DNA from: Desulfobacterales bacterium | GTDB taxonomy: Bacteria > Desulfobacterota > Desulfobacteria > Desulfobacterales > SpSt-501 | NCBI GenBank assembly: GCA_041736435.1 | Contig: JBGSTS010000150.1 | Coordinates: 6,124-70,123 of the forward strand | DNA length: 64,000 nt | Direction of reading: 5' to 3' | Shown: positions 56,909 to 64,000 of the stretch, in pieces | Layout of the letters: each line of letters opens with the position of its first letter | Numbering within the stretch: the first letter of the stretch is position 1 | Notes under the pieces: generated by a model | Seen by the model: the letters and a program-made list of their open reading frames with translations, nothing else | Told to the model about the DNA's origin: nothing | Databases searched by the model: none | Translations under genes and position numbers: made by a program

Positions 56909-57484
56909 ATGACGATGAAAAAAACAGTTTACGGGTTCTTGATGATGTTGCTCGCAACAGCCATTCTATTTACGCTGCCGGCATGCCAGAAGAAGCAGAT
57001 TGCCTCGGACGCCGGGGGCCTGGCGTCCGGCAGCGCTGCCGGAATGGGGGGGACCGTCGGCCGCAAGGGTGTCGGCGAGCAGGATCTCGGGGCAGGAACC
57101 GGCCGGCTGGGGGCAGCCGGCAGCGCAATCGGGGTGCCCGAACGATCGGCCTTTGAAAACGAAGACATATTTTTCGGATACGACAGCTCAGCCATCACCG
57201 CGGAGGCCCAGGAAATCCTGCACCACAAAGCGGCCTTCTTAAAGGCCAACCCCAACATCAGGGTCACCGTGGAAGGGCATTGCGACGATCGCGGCACAAA
57301 TGAGTACAACCTGGCGCTGGGCGAGGCGCGCGCCAAGTCGGCCAAGGCGTTCCTGGTCGATTTAGGTATTTCAGCCAATCGCATCGCCACTATCAGCTAC
57401 GGCGAAGAGCGCCCCCTCGTCGAAGGAAGCGCCGAAGAGGCGTATGCCAAGAACCGGAGGGCGCACTTCGTGATCGAACGCTGA
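56909..57484 (+). CDS. pal: Peptidoglycan-associated lipoprotein (Pal/OmpA family)
   Basis: Lipobox LPAC, a Gly/Ala-rich linker, and a canonical OmpA_C domain (VEGHCDDRGTNEYNLALGEARA). Confidence 0.85.
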   Translation: MTMKKTVYGFLMMLLATAILFTLPACQKKQIASDAGGLASGSAAGMGGTVGRKGVGEQDLGAGTGRLGAAGSAIGVPERSAFENEDIFFGYDSSAITAEAQEILHHKAAFLKANPNIRVTVEGHCDDRGTNEYNLALGEARAKSAKAFLVDLGISANRIATISYGEERPLVEGSAEEAYAKNRRAHFVIER

Positions 57485-57511
57485 GCATGCCTGCTGGCGG
57501 CACACCCACGG

Positions 57512-57543
57512 ACCGTGCGGTCATCACCGCACGGTTTTCTTTT
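57512..57543 (+). terminator. Rho-independent terminator after pal
   Basis: Perfect 10-bp stem ACCGTGCGGT/ACCGCACGGT, a 4-nt loop, then TTTCTTTT. Confidence 0.85.
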
Positions 57544-57566
57544 GCGCGCGGGACGGCACAGCGATC

Positions 57567-58379
57567 ATGATCGTGAAAATCATATCCGGCGGACAAACCG
57601 GAGTGGACCGGGCCGCCTTGGACGCAGCAATCCGGTTGGGAATTCCGCATGGGGGCTGGATCCCCAAGGGCCGCTTGACCGAGGATGGGCCGCTGCCCGA
57701 AACCTACACGTTGAAGGAGACCACCTCGACGGCCTACGCCGAGCGCACCGAAAAGAACGTCGTCGACGCCGACGGCACCCTGATCATTTCCCACGGCGAG
57801 CTCTGCGGAGGGTCGGCATATACACGTGAGATGGCAGCGAAGCACGAGCGGCCTTACCTGCATGTGGACCTCGACCGGCAGAGCGCCTTCCACAGCGCCA
57901 TGACTATTCGCGACTGGGTCGCAGCGAACCGCATCATGGTGTTAAACGTCGCCGGACCCCGAGCGAGCAAGGACCCTCAAATCTACCGCAGCGCTTTAGG
58001 TCTGGTCGAAAGTGCTTATTACCTTTGCCTGTCGACATCCTACGTCCCGGCGAAGGCCGTCTCCCCATCGGGCACCGATAGGGCTTCGAGCCCACCGACC
58101 AACGTCACGGATGCGGTACATCAAATCATTCAGGCGCTGCCGCTCAAGGATCGCGTTACGATTGCGAACATGAGCCCGGATGAACTTCCCAGCCTGCTCT
58201 CCACATTGGGGGAATACATCATCAATCGGTTTCTGATCGGCAGCAACCCTGCCCTCCTGAATTCATGCCGCTGGGTTGCGCGGCGGGCAGTCCCAACCGA
58301 CCGTGAAGCCGCCCGGGTGATCATTCGTGAGTTGCGGAAGAAATTGAACCGCACCCACGCACTGCGGCGCGTCAAGTGA
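57567..58379 (+). CDS. YpsA-like SLOG-fold protein ('putative molybdenum carrier' family) with an extra C-terminal domain
   Basis: The N-terminus IISGGQTGVDRAALDAAI..GIPHGGWIPKGR is the hallmark of the YpsA clade. The C-terminal ~100 aa are unassigned. Confidence 0.7.
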   Translation: MIVKIISGGQTGVDRAALDAAIRLGIPHGGWIPKGRLTEDGPLPETYTLKETTSTAYAERTEKNVVDADGTLIISHGELCGGSAYTREMAAKHERPYLHVDLDRQSAFHSAMTIRDWVAANRIMVLNVAGPRASKDPQIYRSALGLVESAYYLCLSTSYVPAKAVSPSGTDRASSPPTNVTDAVHQIIQALPLKDRVTIANMSPDELPSLLSTLGEYIINRFLIGSNPALLNSCRWVARRAVPTDREAARVIIRELRKKLNRTHALRRVK

Positions 58380-58515
58380 GAGGACCAGGAGTAGGTCAAC
58401 GTTCCAGCAGGGCCCGCCCAAAGTCATCCCCGCAGGGACGAAACTAGGTGTGGTGTGGCTTTTTTTTCACACGAAACACTCATTCACTCCCTATCGCTAT
58501 CACGCAAACAACCCA

Positions 58516-58531
58516 GTTGATGCGTATCAAC
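58516..58531. promoter_or_regulatory. Inverted repeat GTTGAT-N4-ATCAAC (candidate enhancer/activator site) upstream of the sigma-54 promoter
   Basis: 6-bp arms at 58516-58521 and 58526-58531. A related TTGAT-N3-ATCAA lies at 58601-58613, just downstream of the promoter. Confidence 0.35.
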
Positions 58532-58575
58532 ACTTAAAATTTAATTATTCATAGTTGTTGTCCAATCAAAAAAGG

Positions 58576-58591
58576 TGGCACAGTGCTTGCT
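58576..58591 (+). promoter_or_regulatory. Sigma-54 (RpoN) promoter, consensus -24/-12
   Basis: TGGCAC-AGTGC-TTGCT matches TGGCAC-N5-TTGCW exactly. It is 58 nt upstream of ATG 58649. Confidence 0.7.
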
Positions 58592-58648
58592 GGTAATGCT
58601 TTGATCACATCAAACTCTCTGAAAAATCCGGGATCGAGGTAGCTTTTT

Positions 58649-58930
58649 ATGGCGTTGCCGAATGAACCGCATAACAGGAAGAAGCAGCTCCAAGCAGAAA
58701 GGGCGGCTGTTCAGGACAACGGGGGGTCTCGCTCGGGAATGGACCGGCGGCAACAACCAACGGATTCCGAGGGGAACGACCGCAGGTCTGGAAGGGATCG
58801 CAGACGTGGGTTCGATCGACGAGCTGGGATCGACCGTCGCCGGACCGATGATCGTCGCATGGGGCGTTTTTTCTGGGAAGGGGAAAGTATAGAGCGACGC
58901 GACGCATTTCGCAAACGCAACGGGGGTTGA
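58649..58930 (+). CDS. Small Arg-rich protein (93 aa) with tandem xDRRxG hexapeptide repeats
   Basis: Seven [DE]RR motifs, five in strict 6-aa register (NDRRSG RDRRRG FDRRAG IDRRRT DDRRMG). Arg and Asp codons vary between repeats, which supports this frame. It is bracketed by a sigma-54 promoter and a strong terminator. Confidence 0.55.
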   Translation: MALPNEPHNRKKQLQAERAAVQDNGGSRSGMDRRQQPTDSEGNDRRSGRDRRRGFDRRAGIDRRRTDDRRMGRFFWEGESIERRDAFRKRNGG

Positions 58931-58988
58931 AACCGCTTCTGAACGTACGGGCGTTCAAACGTTCTCGCTGCACTACACCGCCCACCAG

Positions 58989-59050
58989 AGCCATCCGGAC
59001 GGCCGCTCGATCGAGCGAGGGGCAGGGCTATCCGGATGGCTTTTCTTTTT
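58989..59050 (+). terminator. Rho-independent terminator (long stem with internal palindrome)
   Basis: 11-bp stem AGCCATCCGGA/TCCGGATGGCT encloses CGCTCGATCGAGCG and is followed by TTTCTTTTT. Confidence 0.7.
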
Positions 59051-59080
59051 CCGCATCGTTTATTCCACCTCGTAACCGAT

Positions 59081-59596
59081 TCAGATGAGCTTCTTGACGG
59101 CGGCAACAACGGCAGCGTAGTCAGGCTCCTGCGAAACCTCCTTCACATGCTGCACGTAGCGCACCACGCCATCGGCATCCAGGACAAAAATGCTGCGCGC
59201 CAACAGCCGCAGTTCCTTGATGAGCACGCCATAGCCCTGGCCGAAGGCCGCTTCACGGTGATCCGAGAGCGTCTTGACCTTATCCACCCCCGCCGCTCCA
59301 CACCACCGCTTCTGGGCAAACGGCAAGTCGTTGCTGACCGTGAGGATGACCACGTTGGGTCCCAAATTGGCAGCTTCGCTGTTGAAACGCCGGGTTTCCA
59401 TGTCGCACACCGGGGTGTCCAGAGAGGGTACGCTGGAAATCACGACGACCTGCCCCCGGAAAGCGGACACCTTGACCGGTTTGAGCTCGTTGTCCAAAAG
59501 TTCCACATCCGGGGCCTTGTCCCCGACGTTTAGTTCGTTTCCAACGAGGGTCATCGGATTGCCTCGAAGTGTGACGGCGCCTTTTCGTTCCATCAT
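59081..59596 (-). CDS. tpx: Thiol peroxidase Tpx
   Basis: Tpx sequence (..SVPSLDTPVCD..., ...FAQKRWCGA..). AAGGAGG RBS precedes ATG 59596. Confidence 0.9.
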   Translation of the reverse strand: MMERKGAVTLRGNPMTLVGNELNVGDKAPDVELLDNELKPVKVSAFRGQVVVISSVPSLDTPVCDMETRRFNSEAANLGPNVVILTVSNDLPFAQKRWCGAAGVDKVKTLSDHREAAFGQGYGVLIKELRLLARSIFVLDADGVVRYVQHVKEVSQEPDYAAVVAAVKKLI

Positions 59597-59909
59597 AATC
59601 TGCCTCCTTATCGTGTCATAGATGAATTGAGTGCTGATGCGGCCATGATAAGGCGGCATAGGGTCGAGTCAACATCGAGAGACCCCTCATGCCCACAGCC
59701 GCCTGGTGGACACATTGCCGAAAACGGCGTTGAGAAGACCCCTTCGCGCCTGGATCCAAACAAGCACCTCGGTTTTGACGAGAAGCTCACCAGGTTCGGG
59801 TGCAACCGGTCCGCACCGGGTATGAAAGATTGATTGAAAATCCCCTTCTTTTCTGGCAGAAAACCCTTGGTTCACCATTTCATTTTGCGCCGGAGGAAGG
59901 GAGCCCCCC

Positions 59910-61019
59910 ATGCCTGAACTGTCGGAACTCGGAAAATACGGCCAATCCGTCTGGTTTGACTTCATCCGCCGGTCACTGATCACCTCCGGGGAACTGGCCG
60001 GTTGGGTCGCTAAGGGTGTCCGGGGGGTGACCTCAAACCCCGCCATTTTCGAAAAGGCGATCGCCGGGACGCCGGACTACGACTCTGAGATACAATTCCT
60101 GTCCGCCCAGGGGAAATCGGTCTCGGAGATCTACGAGGCACTGGCCATCAAGGACATCCAGCTGGCGGCCGATGCGCTGCAGCCGGTTTATCGATCCACG
60201 CAAGGATGGGACGGGTATGTCAGCCTGGAGGTCGACCCGCTGCTGGCACGCGATGCGGCCCGCACCATCGCTGAGGCCCGGCGCCTCTTCGAGGCGGTCG
60301 ACCGGCCGAATGTCATGATCAAGATCCCGGCCACCGCTGAGGGACTTCCGGCGGTAACCGAGTCCATCGCCGCCGGTGTGAACGTCAACGTCACCCTGAT
60401 CTTCTCTATTGAAAATTACACCGCCGTGGCCGACGCGTACATGGCGGGGGTAGAGGCCCTCGCTGCCGCAGGCCCCAGCGCCCGCGGCGGTCATCCGGTG
60501 AAAAGCGTCGCCTCCGTCGCCTCTTTTTTCGTGAGCCGCCTCGACACCGCTTTGGAAAATGATCTCGACCGTACAGGCGCAACCGATCTGAAAGGCCGGA
60601 TTGCGATTGCCAACTGCAAGCTGGCCTATGCCGAGTTCAAACGAATTCTCGGCACCCCGCGCTGGCAAGCGCTGGCCGGTCGCGGTGCAAGGGCCCAACG
60701 CGTTCTCTGGGCCAGCACCAGCACCAAGAACCCTGCCTACCCCGACACCCTTTATGTCGATGAGCTCATCGGGCCGCAAACGGTCAACACGATCCCACCG
60801 GACACACTCAGGGCGTTTATAGATCACGGGCGACCCGCCCCGACCCTGACCCAGGGCCTCGACACAGCGCTGCAGCAGATCGGACGGCTCCCCGAACTGG
60901 GGATTGAGTTGGACCGGGTCACCCGGCGCTTGCAGGAGGATGGGGTTGCCGCCTTTGTTAAACCGTTCCAAGCACTAATGGCCAGCATCGAATCCAAACG
61001 CCAACGGCTGAAACCCTGA
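59910..61019 (+). CDS. tal: Transaldolase
   Basis: ..GVTSNPAIFEKAI.. and ..MIKIPAT.. motifs; 369 aa. Confidence 0.85.
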   Translation: MPELSELGKYGQSVWFDFIRRSLITSGELAGWVAKGVRGVTSNPAIFEKAIAGTPDYDSEIQFLSAQGKSVSEIYEALAIKDIQLAADALQPVYRSTQGWDGYVSLEVDPLLARDAARTIAEARRLFEAVDRPNVMIKIPATAEGLPAVTESIAAGVNVNVTLIFSIENYTAVADAYMAGVEALAAAGPSARGGHPVKSVASVASFFVSRLDTALENDLDRTGATDLKGRIAIANCKLAYAEFKRILGTPRWQALAGRGARAQRVLWASTSTKNPAYPDTLYVDELIGPQTVNTIPPDTLRAFIDHGRPAPTLTQGLDTALQQIGRLPELGIELDRVTRRLQEDGVAAFVKPFQALMASIESKRQRLKP

Positions 61020-61033
61020 AAGGACTGACCATC

Positions 61034-61726
61034 ATGAACCGCCAGGATGAACTGAAAAAGAAGGCGGCGGCCGCAGCGGTCGACCGGCTGGAATCGGGCA
61101 TGGTGGTTGGCCTCGGCACTGGAAGCACTTCGCGTTTCGCCCTCGAGCGACTCTCCGAGTTGATCCAGGAGGGAAGGCTTGAACGAATCGTCGGGATCCC
61201 CAGCTCCCTGCAGACCGAAACGGCGGCCCGTGAGCTTGGCATCCCGCTCACGGACTTCGAAGCTCACCCGCAGATCGACATCACCATCGACGGTGCGGAT
61301 GAGGTCGACCCGGACCTGAATCTGATCAAGGGGGGCGGAGGTGCACTGCTGCGCGAGAAGGTGCTGGCCCAGGCCAGCCGCTGCAACATCATCATCGTCG
61401 ACGAATCCAAGCTGTCCAAACGACTCGGCACCCGATGGGCCTTACCGGTAGAGGTGGTCCCGTTTGCCCGCGCCGCAGAGGAACGCTTTCTGAAATCCAT
61501 CGGGGCGGCCGTTGCACTTCGGACCCGAAACGATAGAGCCGTGCCCACCGATCAGGGTAACCTGCTGCTCGATGCTCACTTCGGCCCGATGGACGATCCC
61601 GGCCGGTTGGCTGGGCAGCTGAGCGGCCGGGCCGGCATCGTGGAGCATGGACTGTTCGTCGGCCTGGCACATGAGGTGTTCGTTGCCGGCGCTGACGGCA
61701 TTCGCCACCTCAAACGCAGGTTCTGA
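61034..61726 (+). CDS. rpiA: Ribose-5-phosphate isomerase A
   Basis: ..VGLGTGST.., ..DGADEVD.., ..KGGGGALLREK.. motifs. Confidence 0.9.
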   Translation: MNRQDELKKKAAAAAVDRLESGMVVGLGTGSTSRFALERLSELIQEGRLERIVGIPSSLQTETAARELGIPLTDFEAHPQIDITIDGADEVDPDLNLIKGGGGALLREKVLAQASRCNIIIVDESKLSKRLGTRWALPVEVVPFARAAEERFLKSIGAAVALRTRNDRAVPTDQGNLLLDAHFGPMDDPGRLAGQLSGRAGIVEHGLFVGLAHEVFVAGADGIRHLKRRF

Positions 61727-61797
61727 GCGCCACGCCACCAGCGGGGCCGGGCTCAATCACAGCACCCTTCGCTGGCGATCAGAGGGAGGAACCATCC

Positions 61798-64000
61798 ATG
61801 GTGAAGAAAAAATTCGTCCGTAAGATCAAGGTCCGCAACAAGGATTATTACCTCACCGACATCCTGCGTTTGGAAAAGGAAGGTCTGGCCGACATCCGCC
61901 GCCTGCCATTTTGCATCCGCATCCTGGTGGAAAACCTGTTGCGCAAAATGGATGACCGGATCGTCACCGAAAATGACCTGATCCATATCGCCCGCTGGAA
62001 AAAACGCTACGCCTCTCCCCAGGAGATCCCCTTCCACCCGGCTCGGGTGCTGATGCAAGACTTCACCGGGGTCCCGGCCGTGGTGGACTTGGCGGCCATG
62101 CGGGACGCCGTGAAAGCACTCGGCGGCGACCCCCGCAAGATCAACCCCTTGGTGCCGGTTGACCTGATCGTCGACCACTCGATACAGGTGGACAGCTGGG
62201 GAAGCCGGCAGTCGCTCACCGAGAACGTCGCCCGGGAGTATGAACGCAACGGTGAGCGCTACGCCCTGCTCAAGTGGGCCCAGGCCAGTTTCAACAATTT
62301 CCTGGTCGTGCCGCCGAACACCGGGATCTGCCACCAGGTGAACCTGGAGAATATCGGCCGGGTCATCATGACCGAGAAAGCGGAGGGCAAGATCCTGGCC
62401 TACCCCGACACCTTGGTGGGCCTGGATTCCCACACCACCATGATCAACGGCGTCGGCGTGGTCGGCTGGGGCGTGGGCGGCATCGAGGCCGAAGCCGTGA
62501 TGCTCGGCCAGCCTTACTACATGGCCATCCCCGAAGTGATCGGGGTCCACCTGACGGGGGCGCTGCGCGAGGGGGCCACCGCAACCGACCTGGTGCTCAC
62601 CGTCACCGAGATGCTCCGGGCCCATGGAGTCGTGGAGAAATTCGTCGAGTATTTCGGACCTGGAATGAAGGGGCTGAGAGTCCCGGACCGTGCGACCATC
62701 GCCAACATGAGCCCGGAATACGGGGCAACGATCGGGTTTTTCCCGTTGGATGAGCACGTGATCGATTACCTGCACCTGACCAACCGCTCCGGCCGCGCAG
62801 AGCTGGTGGAGAAAACGGCCAAAGCGCTGGGCCTGTTTTACACCGGCAACGAAACACCGGACTACACCCAGGTGCTCAAACTCGACCTGCGCAGCGTCGA
62901 GCCGTCGGTGGCCGGCCCGGCCCGGCCCCAGGACCGCATTCGATTGCCGGAACTTAAAAACAAGTTCGCCACCGTACTGGGCTGCGATTACGAGCGCGAT
63001 GCCGACACGAGCCACATCTCCACCTACCACCAGGAGTCCGGCACCGGCACGCGCCGCCCGGAGCACTGCCGGCCGAAACGCAAGGCATGCACCCTGATGC
63101 TGAACGGCAAGGACGAGAAGCTGTGTGACGGCAACGTGGTCATCGCCGCCATCACCTCCTGCACGAACACGTCCAATCCAAATGTACTGATCGGCGCCGG
63201 ACTTTTGGCTAAAAAGGCGGTCGAGCGCGGCTTGCGGGTCCCTCGGACCGTGAAAACATCCCTGGCGCCGGGTTCCAAGGTTGTCATCGACTACCTGAAG
63301 GCGGCCGGCCTGCTGCCGTACCTGGAGGCCCTCGGATTCCATCTGGTCGCCTTCGGCTGCACGACCTGCATCGGCAACAGCGGTCCGCTGCTGCCTGAAA
63401 TCGAAGACGCCATCGCCGGGAACGACCTCACCGTCGCCGCCGTACTCTCCGGCAACCGCAACTTCGAAGCCCGCATCCACCAGCGCGTGAAAGCCAACTT
63501 TCTGATGTCCCCCATGCTGGTGGTGGCCTTTGCTCTGGCCGGCCGGGTGGACACCGACCTGACCTCCGACCCGCTGGGCTGCGATCCCCAGGGGCGGCCG
63601 GTTTTTCTCAAGGACATCTGGCCGAGCCAGGCCGAGATCGAAGGGTTGGCCGCCCGGCACGTCAAACAGAAATTTTTCCGGGAGCAATACAGCCGGATTT
63701 CAAAGGGCGACGAGTTCTGGCATCGGCTCGAGGTCAAGGGAAGCACCACCTATGCCTGGGACGAAACCTCTGCCTACATTCGCAACCCGCCCTATTTCGA
63801 TGGGTTTTCGCTTGACCCCGGGAAACCTGCCGACATTGTGGAGGCACGCGTCCTCATGGTCTTGGGGGACATGGTGACAACGGACCACATCTCCCCGGCC
63901 GGAGCCATACCGGCTCACTACCCGGCGGGGCAGTATCTTATCGCCCAGGGGGTCGATCCCAAAGACTTCAACTCCTACGGCGCCCGCCGCGGCAACCATG
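61798..64000 (+). CDS. acnA: Aconitate hydratase A (3' end outside the window)
   Basis: Not in the supplied track (no stop in the window). GAGGGAGGA RBS. Translation MVKKKFVRKIKVRNKDYYLTDILRLEKEGL..RLPFCIRILVENLLR..PARVLMQDFTGVPAVVDLAAMR.. and, at the window end, ..FNSYGARRGNH are aconitase/IRP hallmarks. Confidence 0.9.
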   Translation, partial: MVKKKFVRKIKVRNKDYYLTDILRLEKEGLADIRRLPFCIRILVENLLRKMDDRIVTENDLIHIARWKKRYASPQEIPFHPARVLMQDFTGVPAVVDLAAMRDAVKALGGDPRKINPLVPVDLIVDHSIQVDSWGSRQSLTENVAREYERNGERYALLKWAQASFNNFLVVPPNTGICHQVNLENIGRVIMTEKAEGKILAYPDTLVGLDSHTTMINGVGVVGWGVGGIEAEAVMLGQPYYMAIPEVIGVHLTGALREGATATDLVLTVTEMLRAHGVVEKFVEYFGPGMKGLRVPDRATIANMSPEYGATIGFFPLDEHVIDYLHLTNRSGRAELVEKTAKALGLFYTGNETPDYTQVLKLDLRSVEPSVAGPARPQDRIRLPELKNKFATVLGCDYERDADTSHISTYHQESGTGTRRPEHCRPKRKACTLMLNGKDEKLCDGNVVIAAITSCTNTSNPNVLIGAGLLAKKAVERGLRVPRTVKTSLAPGSKVVIDYLKAAGLLPYLEALGFHLVAFGCTTCIGNSGPLLPEIEDAIAGNDLTVAAVLSGNRNFEARIHQRVKANFLMSPMLVVAFALAGRVDTDLTSDPLGCDPQGRPVFLKDIWPSQAEIEGLAARHVKQKFFREQYSRISKGDEFWHRLEVKGSTTYAWDETSAYIRNPPYFDGFSLDPGKPADIVEARVLMVLGDMVTTDHISPAGAIPAHYPAGQYLIAQGVDPKDFNSYGARRGNH

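Noticed and set aside
58421-58477. CRISPR-repeat-like sequence GTCATCCCCGCAGGGACGAAAC, and a second ACGAAAC 33 nt later
   Set aside because: There is only one copy of the hairpin-plus-GAAAC unit. I see no repeat-spacer periodicity and no cas genes, so the resemblance is most likely coincidental.
58662-58892. Alternative 76-aa frame overlapping the DRR-repeat ORF (MNRITGRSSSKQKGR...)
   Set aside because: Its third-position G+C is slightly higher. However, the repeat units are conserved only when read as D-R-R with varying synonymous codons, and that argues for the 58649 frame. It is kept in mind as the main alternative.
61753-63687. 644-aa minus-strand ORF, the longest 'gene' in that part of the track
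   Set aside because: It is the antisense shadow of acnA. It is R/G/H/D-rich with no motifs, while the plus strand encodes clear aconitase sequence.

Overview
GC-rich 64-kb chromosomal segment. The gene content looks like an anaerobic deltaproteobacterium (Desulfobacterota-type): gcdA, a 2-oxoacid:ferredoxin oxidoreductase, an aldehyde:ferredoxin oxidoreductase remnant, HD-GYP, and sigma-54 and sigma-28 promoters. I call about 50 protein-coding genes, almost all housekeeping, envelope or metabolic. They are: a partial TolC-like gene; ftsE-ftsX-envC-like-ctp-yibQ-like; a hybrid histidine kinase; an FHA protein; a PgpH-like 7TM-HD protein; OFOR alpha and beta/gamma subunits; gcdA with a divergent mini biotin carrier; an M23 peptidase; HD-GYP; panB; an acyltransferase; an HDAC-like enzyme; lipoproteins; a large vWA/3xOmpA protein; degP; dus; an MFS transporter; an HD protein; an IMPase; a Cache-HAMP-PP2C sensor; sppA; flgM; recX; ypfJ-like; a GT-C plus GT2 glycosylation pair; a methyltransferase; cusCBA with a His/Met-rich periplasmic protein; porin-amtB-glnK; pal; a YpsA-like SLOG protein; tpx; tal; rpiA; and a 3'-truncated acnA. 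acnA is missing from the supplied ORF track because it has no stop codon in the window. I found no rRNA, tRNA, CRISPR array, transposase, integrase, or recognisable defence or toxin-antitoxin module, so this is largely an ordinary core region. The most unusual item is a self-contained sigma-54 unit at 58.5-59.05 kb: palindromes, a consensus -24/-12 promoter, a 93-aa protein made of tandem xDRRxG hexapeptides, and a strong terminator. Other items worth a second look are a Cys4 mini-ORF with a GT-C/GT2 glycosylation pair, a ~1-kb locus with an apparent coding-phase switch, a CusF-less cusCBA followed by a His/Met-rich Ig-like protein, a secreted vWA protein with three OmpA-like modules, an unassigned 418-aa protein coupled to panB, and two gene remnants (AOR and Hsp20). 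All calls rest on motif and family recognition by eye. No database search or structure prediction was run.
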